20,670 nucleotides of DNA from positions 1-20,670 of the forward strand of contig CAXBPH010000110.1 of NCBI GenBank assembly GCA_963977445.1. Direction: 5' to 3'. The position numbers and the translations under genes are program-made. This stretch comes from an uncultured bacterium. GTDB taxonomy: Bacteria > Hydrogenedentota > Hydrogenedentia > Hydrogenedentales > JAEUWI01. The notes under the pieces were generated by a model. The model made no database searches, was not told the origin of the DNA, and saw only the letters and a list, made by a program, of their open reading frames with translations. Position 1 is the first letter of the stretch, and every line of letters starts with the position of its first letter. This document shows positions 1 to 8,905 of the stretch, one piece after another.

Positions 1-157
1 GAATTTTAATCGAAACACAAGAAATCCTTCCATAGGGAGAGCGACTCCAGCCGGGAAGAAGGGCCCATTCCGTCTACGCGGTCAGTCCCTTGCCCGGCCC
101 GTTCGCTCAATCATTGAACCAGGGGGCCATAGTAGCAGGTTCCCGGGGCGCGGCTCA

Positions 158-166
158 TGTTACAAT
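158..166 (+). promoter_or_regulatory. Putative extended -10 promoter element for larE
   Basis: TG-T-TACAAT about 60 nt upstream of the ATG at 228; same TGn-TAnnnT pattern occurs before several other genes in the window. Confidence 0.4.
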
Positions 167-227
167 AATGGAAACGTGGCCTATTTACAGGGCTTACCCC
201 AGTGAAACGACAAAGCAGGTAGTATTC

Positions 228-1061
228 ATGTCCACCCAGACGATTCCCGCTTCGGTGCAGCAAAAAGAAGAACAGCTCAAGTCCCTCCTCGCGGACTATG
301 GTGCCTTGGCCATCGCCTATTCGGGCGGCGTGGACTCGGCCTATCTCTCGGCCATCGCCCATGAAATGCTTGGGTACAATGCGCGGATGATTCTTGCGGA
401 TTCACCGAGTATTCCCCGGGCCGAAGTGCATGATGCCTGCGCGTTGGCCAAATCGCGGGGATGGAATCTCCGGGTTGTGTCCACGACCGAATTTGAGAAC
501 GAGGACTTCCTGAAAAACGACGGCACGCGGTGTTATTACTGCAAGACGGAACTTTTCACCCAGATGGATGCCTTTGCGAAGTCAGAAGGCATCTCCGTGT
601 TGGCTTATGGCGAGATCACCGAAGACCAGCTGGATCCGACCCGATTGGGTGCCAAAGCGGCCCGGGAACATGCCGTAGTCGCGCCTTTAGCGTTGGTGGG
701 CCTCGAAAAGGAAGAAATACGTCGTCTGAGCCGGGTCCGCGAGTTGCCGACCTGGAACAAGGCCTCTTTTGCGTGCCTTTCTTCACGTTTTCCGACAGGG
801 ACGCGGGTGGTTCCGGAGGAAGTGAAAAAAGTGGAGGCGGCGGAAGAGGTGTTGAAGGCCCTGGGCTTTCACCAGTACCGTGCCCGTCATCACGGTTCCG
901 TTTGTCGCGTTGAGATTGACCCCGAAGACATTCCGAAACTACTCGACCCCGCATTACGGCAGGCGGTGGTGGCTGGGATTACAGAAGCGGGTTATCGCTA
1001 TGTCACGCTGGATCTGGCGGGCTACCGGACGGGCAGTACGGCGGACTTGCCACCGGCATAG
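228..1061 (+). CDS. larE: LarE-family ATP-dependent sulfur transferase (PP-loop; nickel-pincer cofactor biosynthesis family)
   Basis: PP-loop AYSGGVDS, RCYYCK, ACLSSRFP, RARHHG, C-terminal YVTLDLAGYRTGS. Start moved from TTG at 90 to ATG at 228 because homology begins there and GCAGGT precedes it. Confidence 0.9.
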   Translation: MSTQTIPASVQQKEEQLKSLLADYGALAIAYSGGVDSAYLSAIAHEMLGYNARMILADSPSIPRAEVHDACALAKSRGWNLRVVSTTEFENEDFLKNDGTRCYYCKTELFTQMDAFAKSEGISVLAYGEITEDQLDPTRLGAKAAREHAVVAPLALVGLEKEEIRRLSRVRELPTWNKASFACLSSRFPTGTRVVPEEVKKVEAAEEVLKALGFHQYRARHHGSVCRVEIDPEDIPKLLDPALRQAVVAGITEAGYRYVTLDLAGYRTGSTADLPPA

Positions 1062-1122
1062 ACGCTCCAAAACCTGGTGAATCCGCCTTGTACCAAGCGA
1101 AAAAGTCCAAACTCCTTGAAAT

Positions 1123-1151
1123 AAAAAGCCCACCCGAGCGGGTGGGCTTTT
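1123..1151. terminator. Bidirectional intrinsic terminator between convergent larE and sodC
   Basis: AAAAAGCCCACCCG-AG-CGGGTGGGCTTTT inverted repeat with A-run and T-run flanks. Confidence 0.9.
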
Positions 1152-1179
1152 CTATTCGAAGGAAAATTATCGAGACGTG

Positions 1180-1740
1180 TTACTCGGCGGATGCGATGCC
1201 GATAACGCCTTGGGCAATGCGAGAACCCGCGTCACCCGTAGGCTGAGTCTTCATGTCATCGGTGCCGGCGTGAAGGATCATGCCGCGACCAATGATGTTG
1301 TTATCGCCATCAAAGGCAATGCCCTTGTCCAGGCGCTTGTAGGTGGCATTGCCCTCTTTGTCGGCGACGACGTTACCCAGATCGCCCACATGGCGCATGT
1401 CGGCGTCGGGTCCGGCGTGATCCATGCCGTGGGGGTTAAAGTGACCGCCCGTTGCTTTGCCATCGGCTCCGGAAATATCTCCATACTGGTGAATGTGGAA
1501 TCCGTGGGTGGATTCGGGCGTCAAACCCGAAATCATACCCTCGATCATGATTCCATCGTCGGTCTTGGTGAAGGTGATGGTGCCCGAGGTGCTGCTGCCT
1601 TCGGTGGGTGTCAACACGCAAATGGCCTTGGAAGCACTTTCGCCGTGGCTGTGGGCTTCTTTGCCGTTTGCCACCATGGCCAGACCGGCCAATCCCAATA
1701 CGACCACTGCCATCGATATGATACGACTCGTCTTGCTCAT
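1180..1740 (-). CDS. sodC: Cu/Zn superoxide dismutase, exported
   Basis: HGFHIH, GGHFNP, HAGP, RHVGDLGN, ILHAG..DD, GSRIAQGVI; signal peptide MSKTSRIISMAVVVLGLAGLA; AAGGAG RBS before ATG at 1740. Confidence 0.95.
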   Translation of the reverse strand: MSKTSRIISMAVVVLGLAGLAMVANGKEAHSHGESASKAICVLTPTEGSSTSGTITFTKTDDGIMIEGMISGLTPESTHGFHIHQYGDISGADGKATGGHFNPHGMDHAGPDADMRHVGDLGNVVADKEGNATYKRLDKGIAFDGDNNIIGRGMILHAGTDDMKTQPTGDAGSRIAQGVIGIASAE

Positions 1741-1990
1741 TGTTAAACTCCTTACCGTTGTTATTCTGAGTGAGGTTACGCTTCGACAGGACCCGCGCCA
1801 GACGGGACGGAACGGGTGCGTGAAATCGGCATACCGGCGAGGTACACGGTCAATCACATTGAACACTGCCGCTCGGATGGCCAGCAACGGGGTACCGCAG
1901 GGTATTCGTTACTACCATCGGGTCCTGATTGACAGAACAGGGTTTACTGTACAAGGCAATCGCCCCGTGAAACAAGTCTGACCCAGGTCG

Positions 1991-2092
1991 CATTGGGTGC
2001 CGTTACCCATTGAACATTCGTCACGAATTCCTTGTGCAGGGTGCATCGGAAAATCGGATTCCATCCCCCAGATTACATTGGGTACCGTTACC
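1991..2092. repeat. 17-bp imperfect direct repeat (CATTGGGT[G/A]CCGTTACC) at 1991-2007 and 2076-2092; possible operator pair
   Basis: Two copies with one mismatch, 85 bp apart; core is a near-palindrome. Confidence 0.55.
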
Positions 2093-3603
2093 TAACGAAA
2101 CAGAATCAGGGTCGTTGCTTCATACCACGCGGCGAGATAGAGAAAGACACCAGCCATGGTCACCGTGCCCAGCAACACAACGAAGGCCTGGGGCAGTCGC
2201 TTGAGGGCATTTTCCATGATCGGAATACCCTTCGCCTTATCCCCCATATACCAAATCTTAACCGGAGCCCACAGAAAATCGAAGACGGCAATGGCCCAGG
2301 TCAGCATCCCAAATGCGGCGAGCACATAGGGTGGTAGTTCGAGGGCCAGGGTCAGGGCGTGGTAGGTCATTCCCGAGGCGGTACCCGACCACACGGGGGC
2401 CATGGCAAACCCAACAACGACAAAGCTGGCCAGGGTCTTAAGCACCCCGATGCCAAGAATCGCCAGGGAGGGTATGGCACCAAGCATGAGTGTCTGCACC
2501 ACAAAATTATTTCGAAAGGTGGCATGGGCCGCGCGGGGAATGTTTCCTGACTTATAGGCGTCGCCCACATACTGAAGGCCGCCTTCGGTAAACTCGTGAG
2601 ACGCGAATTCTGTAAAGAGGTAGTTCATCTCCACGTCTTGCATGCCGAGGGCCATGGCACCAAAGAAGCCCGCAAAAAGCCCGAGATAGAGTCCCCAGAG
2701 CAAACGGCGGTTCTTTTCGATTTCCTGGAGGGCTACGTTAAGAAAACCCAGATTCCACCGAGTGAGGTAGCGAAACAGGGTCATGAAACAAACGGTGGCC
2801 CCAATCGCGACCAGGAGCAGGCTGAACCAGACGCCCCAGGCGATATCGGAGCGGGTCATGGGTTTGCCACCATAAACGACGGGATGAATGGCTTCCTCTT
2901 CCGGCTCGGGAATCAGGGTAGCGATTTTTTCTACGCCCTGAAGGTGTACACTCCCCTGCTCGCCCGACAGCGTGCTGTCCAGCTCCTGCCGAATCGTGGG
3001 ATCGGCAGGCATGACGAAGGTCTTCACAAATCCCGACACGTGGGGATGGAGCCGGCCGACGACGGTATAGGTGTTCCCGCCAATTTCCAGTGGCCGATCA
3101 GAAACCAACGGTGCGGCAAGTAGCTCCCGTTTTCCAGCGACGGGCAATCGTCCCGATGCCAGCACGGGGGCGAAGACGGAGGCGTCCTTGTCGAACATGA
3201 CGATCCGGGCTTTCGGCAACAGGGATTCGTCGAGCATGTCGGTTGAGGACATGGCCACCACGGGGGACTCTTCTTTGAGGCGCTCGGGAGATTTCTTTTC
3301 CAGGTCAATCATGCGGAGCAAATCGTTCTGGACCAATTGGGCCAGATTGCTATCTCCCACACTTTGCTCGGCCGTAAGTTCCCAACTCCAAACGGGGATA
3401 GCGTCCGGGTCGTCTATCTGGTAGTCCACGGTTCGGATGGCATCGTGCCAGGGCATGCTCTTGAGCCAGCGAGCTTCCAGGCCATCCAACACAAAGAGCA
3501 TGAGAATTCCCACAGCGATTAGCGCAACACCCAGTGATGCGCTGCGTCCCAAGCGAACTTGTACGGACTCCACTACGGGTGCCAACGGCGTATCTTCACT
3601 CAA
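2092..3603 (-). CDS. Integral membrane protein: N-terminal TM, extracytoplasmic MacB-like segment, C-terminal SpoIIM (DUF95)-like multi-TM domain
   Basis: FRNN...YHALTLALELPPY resembles the SpoIIM IFxNN...HGxxElP pattern; LASGRLP..GKRELL...IGGNTYTVVGRL resembles the MacB periplasmic core. Start placed at TTG 3603, immediately after the upstream stop; the ORF-track start at 3687 overlaps the upstream gene. Confidence 0.65.
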   Translation of the reverse strand: MSEDTPLAPVVESVQVRLGRSASLGVALIAVGILMLFVLDGLEARWLKSMPWHDAIRTVDYQIDDPDAIPVWSWELTAEQSVGDSNLAQLVQNDLLRMIDLEKKSPERLKEESPVVAMSSTDMLDESLLPKARIVMFDKDASVFAPVLASGRLPVAGKRELLAAPLVSDRPLEIGGNTYTVVGRLHPHVSGFVKTFVMPADPTIRQELDSTLSGEQGSVHLQGVEKIATLIPEPEEEAIHPVVYGGKPMTRSDIAWGVWFSLLLVAIGATVCFMTLFRYLTRWNLGFLNVALQEIEKNRRLLWGLYLGLFAGFFGAMALGMQDVEMNYLFTEFASHEFTEGGLQYVGDAYKSGNIPRAAHATFRNNFVVQTLMLGAIPSLAILGIGVLKTLASFVVVGFAMAPVWSGTASGMTYHALTLALELPPYVLAAFGMLTWAIAVFDFLWAPVKIWYMGDKAKGIPIMENALKRLPQAFVVLLGTVTMAGVFLYLAAWYEATTLILFR

Positions 3604-3604
3604 T

Positions 3605-5011
3605 TTACCCCTGCCCTTCCGGTATGGAGAGGTCAGCAACAATTGTGTGAAACAACTCCGTGTAATAGGCTTCAACATTGGGTCCAAACCAACTCATGAG
3701 CCCCGTTTCGTAATTCATCGGCTCATCCCAGTAATACTTATCGGGAGAAAAATAACCGCAATAGGTTGAACAAAAGCTCAGGGTCCACAGATCGAGCCCT
3801 TGGGATTCCGCCCACTGTTTCCACTCCACGCTGGTCTCCCCAGAGAAATCGAAGGGCATACCGATGAAGAACAGGTCCCCCACGCGGACGCCGTGAATCC
3901 AGCCTTCCCGCTTGAGGCCGACAAAACGGGCCAGGAAGGGAGAAACGCGCCATTCCGCATAGTCCTCAATGGGGCGCATTTGAAAGTTGGGCATCCCCAC
4001 GGGAACGCCGACCGCCGCGATATCGACGGCATCTCGGAATTCCAGATTGTCATCATTGTCGAGAATGAGTTGTCCCAGGGCCTGGCCCATGGCAGCGATT
4101 CGATCGGCGACGTCCCCTCCTTCGGGGGCGCGGGGCCCCATCGAACCAACGGCCCCACCAAGATACTGGGCGTCGTTGCCTGTCTCGCCTTCGAGGTGGC
4201 GCACCAGCTCGCCGGGATACTCGGCGCTGAACTCCATCATGCCGCTACCATAGGTCGTAGGATGGGCTGAATAACTGGCGATGTAGCAGCTGTCTCCATC
4301 GTCTTGTCGCACCAGGAGAAAGCTCAATTCGGGATCAACCGGTGCCCCGTCTCGCATACGATTGCGGATGTATTGGGGGGCGTCCACACTGCCCGACGCG
4401 AGTGATGCCGGTTCAAGGGATGACACCGCTTCCACGATGGCCTCGGTGAACCCCGCGACGAGAAAATCGACGAGGGCGGGGTCAAATTCACCACCGGACG
4501 CCGACGAGGCGAGACCGGGCATGAAGCCGCCTGGGCCGCAGTGGGTGTGGCTGGCATTGAAGAGAATCTGGCTGGGTGTGAGTCCTGCCTGTATGGCGAC
4601 ATTATTGCGGACCGCCTCGGAGAGATTGGGCGGAATAATTAACATGTCCGAGCCGACCAGCACGGCGAGATCCTGACCATCGCTCAAGGCCATGGCACGA
4701 ACGTAGAGATCATCGTGAACGCCGACGGATTTCTTGCCATTTTTTCGAGCGGAATATCCGCCCATGGGGGTTCCAATGAGGGGGGTAATTATCCGCTTGG
4801 CCCACCCGGCCTGGAGGCGACCTGGCTGGGTAGTCAGGCTGTTGCTTGCAGCCCCGGCATGAATGTCTTCGAGGGCGTTGTGATAGTAGGACTGATTGGC
4901 GTAATCACTGTCGTCGTAGGTGGGCCAGGGGCCAATAAACAACACAAACAACAGGGCCATCACGATGGGCGTCATGGCGAGGCTGATGAGGATTTTTTTC
5001 TTGCGCGACAT
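3605..5011 (-). CDS. Neutral/alkaline ceramidase-like amidohydrolase with N-terminal membrane anchor
   Basis: ITPLIGTPMGGY, VHDDLYVRA, ASHTHCGPG, IRNR, YSAHPT, SAEYPG, GAVGS; GGAGG RBS; hydrophobic N-terminus. Confidence 0.85.
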   Translation of the reverse strand: MSRKKKILISLAMTPIVMALLFVLFIGPWPTYDDSDYANQSYYHNALEDIHAGAASNSLTTQPGRLQAGWAKRIITPLIGTPMGGYSARKNGKKSVGVHDDLYVRAMALSDGQDLAVLVGSDMLIIPPNLSEAVRNNVAIQAGLTPSQILFNASHTHCGPGGFMPGLASSASGGEFDPALVDFLVAGFTEAIVEAVSSLEPASLASGSVDAPQYIRNRMRDGAPVDPELSFLLVRQDDGDSCYIASYSAHPTTYGSGMMEFSAEYPGELVRHLEGETGNDAQYLGGAVGSMGPRAPEGGDVADRIAAMGQALGQLILDNDDNLEFRDAVDIAAVGVPVGMPNFQMRPIEDYAEWRVSPFLARFVGLKREGWIHGVRVGDLFFIGMPFDFSGETSVEWKQWAESQGLDLWTLSFCSTYCGYFSPDKYYWDEPMNYETGLMSWFGPNVEAYYTELFHTIVADLSIPEGQG

Positions 5012-5034
5012 GTGGGTGCCTCCGGGTAGCCGAT

Positions 5035-5060
5035 AAAAAAAGCGCGTCAGAAGACGCGCT
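5035..5060 (-). terminator. Intrinsic terminator after the Na/Pi cotransporter gene
   Basis: Minus strand AGCGCGTC-TTCT-GACGCGC followed by T7. Confidence 0.75.
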
Positions 5061-5112
5061 CTCTATAATACGTGATTCACGGCAGACATTAAAAATACGG
5101 AATCGGAAAGGT

Positions 5113-7608
5113 CTATGCGTTGGCCTCGGTTACCGTCAGAATCTGCCCGGAACGCTCCGCGATGTTGACGAGGTGGTCCCCCACACGCTCGAGGTGGGCC
5201 AGGGCATCCAGATAGATTACGCCGACTTGCACATCACCGGTGCCCGAGTCCAGCCGAAATACATGCTCGTCGGTCAGACGTTTGACCAATACTTTGAGCT
5301 CTTCATGTACTCGCTTGGCCACAACAACACTATCAGCATTACCTTCATCAAGCATGTCATAAATAGGTTCGAATCCGGCGTTCAATTGCACCTGGAAGGC
5401 TCGAATCCCTGCCCGGTCTTCATCGCTCAGGACCAGACTGTTTTCCTTGAGTAGACGATGGAGTTCGACCTGCGACTCGGCATGATCACCCAGTCGCTCG
5501 GCGTCGTTTACGGCGTGAATCAGCGCGGGAATAAGGGCAGATTCGTCGGTATCCAGGCTCTCGCGAGACAATTCGACCAGATACCCGGTAATTTCATGCT
5601 GGAGCTTGTCGATTACATCTTCCCGGGCCAGAATCGAGTCAATGAGGCCGACCTGATTCTCGCACAAGAGCTCGCAGCTCTCGTTCATGGATTTTTGGCC
5701 CTTGCGAACCATGAAGACGACTTCTTTGACCGCCTGCTGAAGTGCTATCGCGGGGGCGGTCAGCAACCTTGGCTCCAGATATTGCAAGACCGAATCCCGC
5801 TCAGATTCCCGGACTGGAATCAGGAAATTACATACCCGCGCCATAGTCCCGGTAAAAGCCACAAAGAGGACCACGTTGAACACATTGAACACCGTGTGGG
5901 CATTGGCGACGTGGCGCAAGAGATTTTCATCTTCCCCGTTGAGCACCTCCCCGGGCGTGAGCCAGTCGATGAATCCGAGAAACAGAGGATGGCCATCCCA
6001 CAGGGGAATAAACAACAGAATATACATATAGGCCGCGCCAAAGACGTTGAACAAGGTGTGGGCCAGGGCGGCGCGACGGGCATTGCGGCTGGAACCGATG
6101 GCCGCGAGGTTGGCCGTGATGGTGGTACCGATGTTATCACCAAGAATCAAGGGGACGGCGGTCTCAAAACCGATGAGTCCCTGACTGGCGAGGGCCAACA
6201 CGAGTCCCACGGTGGCCGAGCTGGACTGAACCACAACGGTGGTCACGGTACCGATAAGGATACACATGAATGCTCTTCCAAAGGGAATCATGCCGCCGTC
6301 TACAGGCGAACAATCAAAGAGCTGGAACCAGGCCTTAAACTCCGGACTGTATTGGAGGGGCTTGAGAATCCCGCCCATGGTTTTCATTCCCAAAAAGAGC
6401 AGTCCAAATCCAAGCAACACCTGCCCGAGGAACTTCCAGTTCTGACGCTTGAAAAACATCATAAACAGAAGGCCGATGGCAATGGCCGGATAGGCCAGAT
6501 CGTCGAGCTTGAATGCAATAATCTGTGCCGTTACCGTGGTGCCGATATTGGCACCGAAAATTACGCCGATGGCCTGTTGAAGGGTCATCAATCCTGCGTT
6601 GACAAAACCCACGGTCATCACGGTCGTTGCACTCGACGACTGGACCATGGCGGTCATTAGCGTTCCCGCAAAAACTGCCATCAGGCGATTGCGGGTCATA
6701 AACTGGAGGAAACTTTTCAGCCGGCGGTCAGCCATTCGTTGCAGGCCTTCCGACATGAGCTTCATACCGAAAATGAATATGGCCAACCCTCCGAAGAGGA
6801 TAATTATCATCTCGCGGGAATCGGTCGCCATGGCTTCGAAAGTCACACTTCGAACCCTGAAGCGCGTGTTTGCGGGGAGGTTCGGCCGACTATCAATAAC
6901 CTCTGCATCGGCGAAGTAACGCTGAATCTTGCTGCCAAGAGTCCACGAAGTTTCCGCGATTCCGCTGGCGTCAGTCAGAACACGGTGGGCCTTTACTTTG
7001 GCCCCTTCGCTATTACCGGCCACGCGGAAATTTATTTCTACACCCTCCGCGGGCGTCCCGTCAGGATTGGTCAGCTGAAGACCCATGGGACCGACGCTGC
7101 CACCGGTGATACTTTCAAGGTCTTCCCCGATTCGCTGTACGCCCGCAATCACGCGAAATTCTACCTGCCCTGCATCGGGATACTCTGGCAAACTTGCCCG
7201 GATAATAACATCACCGGGCAGGTTGCCCGTCCGCACGCGGGCACGGGCGGTGCCGGATGAGTCCGTGGGCGCATCTATGATGGGTGTTTCGGTATCTTCA
7301 AACACGGCTCCGGTATCGGGATTTTCGATTTCGAAACGTACTATCTGGTCCACCGCCACTCCCCGGGAACCCGTGCCGCCGAGCATCCCGGGACGAACAG
7401 GTCCCTCTACAACGACGCGAAGGGGCTTTTTGATGAGTTCCCCGTAGAGCGCCATCTGATCATCGCCAGCCGCGTGCTTGTCCTGACTTATTTTATCGGG
7501 GACGACGGTTTCGGTGCTGTCACAGCCAGAGACAAAGACCACCAACAGGGAGACGATAAGAAGGGTAAAAGCTGTGGGGACGTTTCTGAGGGTGTTGTTT
7601 GGAAACAT
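5113..7608 (-). CDS. Na+/phosphate cotransporter (NptA/YjbB, PNaS family) with C-terminal PhoU-like domains and an N-terminal lipoprotein-like signal plus two Ig-like domains
   Basis: GGLAIFIFGMKLMSEGL, two QSSSAT...G[A/D]NIGTT repeats, PhoU-like DAERLGDHA and LERVGDH. Start chosen at ATG 7608, giving a signal peptide ending VFVSG-C. Confidence 0.9.
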   Translation of the reverse strand: MFPNNTLRNVPTAFTLLIVSLLVVFVSGCDSTETVVPDKISQDKHAAGDDQMALYGELIKKPLRVVVEGPVRPGMLGGTGSRGVAVDQIVRFEIENPDTGAVFEDTETPIIDAPTDSSGTARARVRTGNLPGDVIIRASLPEYPDAGQVEFRVIAGVQRIGEDLESITGGSVGPMGLQLTNPDGTPAEGVEINFRVAGNSEGAKVKAHRVLTDASGIAETSWTLGSKIQRYFADAEVIDSRPNLPANTRFRVRSVTFEAMATDSREMIIILFGGLAIFIFGMKLMSEGLQRMADRRLKSFLQFMTRNRLMAVFAGTLMTAMVQSSSATTVMTVGFVNAGLMTLQQAIGVIFGANIGTTVTAQIIAFKLDDLAYPAIAIGLLFMMFFKRQNWKFLGQVLLGFGLLFLGMKTMGGILKPLQYSPEFKAWFQLFDCSPVDGGMIPFGRAFMCILIGTVTTVVVQSSSATVGLVLALASQGLIGFETAVPLILGDNIGTTITANLAAIGSSRNARRAALAHTLFNVFGAAYMYILLFIPLWDGHPLFLGFIDWLTPGEVLNGEDENLLRHVANAHTVFNVFNVVLFVAFTGTMARVCNFLIPVRESERDSVLQYLEPRLLTAPAIALQQAVKEVVFMVRKGQKSMNESCELLCENQVGLIDSILAREDVIDKLQHEITGYLVELSRESLDTDESALIPALIHAVNDAERLGDHAESQVELHRLLKENSLVLSDEDRAGIRAFQVQLNAGFEPIYDMLDEGNADSVVVAKRVHEELKVLVKRLTDEHVFRLDSGTGDVQVGVIYLDALAHLERVGDHLVNIAERSGQILTVTEANA

Positions 7609-7801
7609 GCAAAGCACCTGAGACTCGTTGAAGTTAGAAAGTGGATATAACGATAGATGGATTGATGAATCCTGGCGAATCGAAAAAGTTCCCATCTGAA
7701 TAACACTTCCCGGTGGGGAAATGACACTCCACGGGCGAAATGTTAACATCTTGCTAGTCTTTGCATCAATTTTTGCTAGGACGAAACCCCATCGACCGTA
7801 G

Positions 7802-7830
7802 TTGTCCCGGACACGGGACTGGGGTATTAT
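7802..7830 (+). promoter_or_regulatory. Putative sigma-70 promoter for ltaE
   Basis: TTGTCC-N17-TATTAT, 52 nt upstream of ATG 7883. Confidence 0.5.
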
Positions 7831-7882
7831 AGAGGGTGACTCAATTTCATAATTCTTTCTTTACCAACAGGTTAGAACGCTC

Positions 7883-8905
7883 ATGCGCCCTGAAGTCGAC
7901 CTTCGAAGTGATACCCTTACCCTGCCAACATCAGCTATGCGGGCGGCCCTTGCCAACGCCCATGTCGGGGACGATGTCTTCGGCGAGGATCCCACAGTCC
8001 GCGCGCTGGAAAGCCTGGCGGCGGAGCGTCTGGGCAAAGAAACGGGACTATTTCTTCCCACGGGAACGATGGCCAATCTGGTGGCTTTCCTCTCCCAGAG
8101 CAATCCCGGTGATTCGGTTATCCTGAGTGGAGAATCCCATCCCTACCGTTACGAAGGGGCCAATTTCGCCCGTTTTGGCGGTCTCCTACCCCGCACCCCG
8201 GCCAGCATTTACGGAAAAATCGATGTTTCCGGAATTGCCGCCCATCTGATGCAGATTGACGACCCCCACTTCTCTCCCACGACCCTGGTCAGTATTGAAA
8301 ACACCACCAATCTGGGTGGCGGTGCCTACTACACCGTGGCGGAGGTGGAAGGCATCGGTGCCCTCTGTCGCGATACCGGGTTGCGGCTCCATTGCGACGG
8401 TGCACGCCTCTTTAATGCGGCGGTGGCACAGAAGGTGGACGTGGGGTCCCTTGCGGCACCCTGCGACAGTGTCAGCTTCTGCCTGTCGAAAGGCCTGGGC
8501 GCGCCCGTAGGGTCCCTCCTGGTGAGCGATGGCGAAACTATCCACCGTGCCCGGCGCATACGGAAGCAACTTGGTGGCGGCATGCGACAGGCGGGTATCC
8601 TTGCGGCGGCGGGCATCTATGCGCTGAATCACCACGTAAATGATCTGGCAGAAGACCACCGGCGGGCCCGAAGCTTTCGGGAGCACCTGGAGGGGGTGGG
8701 CATCCCATTCCCCTGCCCTACCCCGACCAACATCGTACTCATTTCTTCGCCCGACCCGACAACCCATGTCGCCGCCCTCGCCCAAATGGGGGTAAAGGTG
8801 CTGGCGGTAGGGCCGTCGGTCATTCGCGCCGTTTTTCATCGCGATATCGATGACACGGCGCTGAATCATGCAATCGAGTCGTTTACCGCGGTCATGGCTC
8901 CGTAG
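7883..8905 (+). CDS. ltaE: Low-specificity L-threonine aldolase (PLP-dependent)
   Basis: DLRSDT, GDDVFGEDPTV, PTGTMANL, IENT, HCDGARLFNA, CLSKGLGAPVGS (PLP lysine), GGGMRQAG. Confidence 0.93.
   Translation: MRPEVDLRSDTLTLPTSAMRAALANAHVGDDVFGEDPTVRALESLAAERLGKETGLFLPTGTMANLVAFLSQSNPGDSVILSGESHPYRYEGANFARFGGLLPRTPASIYGKIDVSGIAAHLMQIDDPHFSPTTLVSIENTTNLGGGAYYTVAEVEGIGALCRDTGLRLHCDGARLFNAAVAQKVDVGSLAAPCDSVSFCLSKGLGAPVGSLLVSDGETIHRARRIRKQLGGGMRQAGILAAAGIYALNHHVNDLAEDHRRARSFREHLEGVGIPFPCPTPTNIVLISSPDPTTHVAALAQMGVKVLAVGPSVIRAVFHRDIDDTALNHAIESFTAVMAP

Noticed and set aside
1..33. Possible start of a divergent minus-strand gene (MEGFLVFRLKF, or GTG at 18 after GAAGGA).
   Set aside because: Too short to support within the window.
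90..227. N-terminal extensions in the ORF track for larE, and likewise sodC, Na/Pi, DJ-1 and the sulfatase.
   Set aside because: Downstream ATGs have better RBS, signal-peptide or homology starts, and some of the extensions overlap promoter-like elements.
1787..1927. 9-bp inverted repeat CAGGACCCG / CGGGTCCTG enclosing about 120 bp upstream of sodC; possible ncRNA.
   Set aside because: No convincing internal structure or family motif; could be chance in GC-rich DNA.
5065..5093. Minus-strand TTTAAT-N17-TATTAT promoter that would initiate inside the terminator hairpin before the ceramidase-like gene.
   Set aside because: Plausible but the -35 is weak and it cannot be distinguished from AT-rich chance matches without TSS data.
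5458..6660. 400-aa plus-strand ORF, and similar antisense ORFs such as 16937-18142, 14221-14955, 12071-12802 and 1177-1746.
   Set aside because: Shadow ORFs opposite well-supported genes, expected from GC-rich codon usage; no recognisable motifs.
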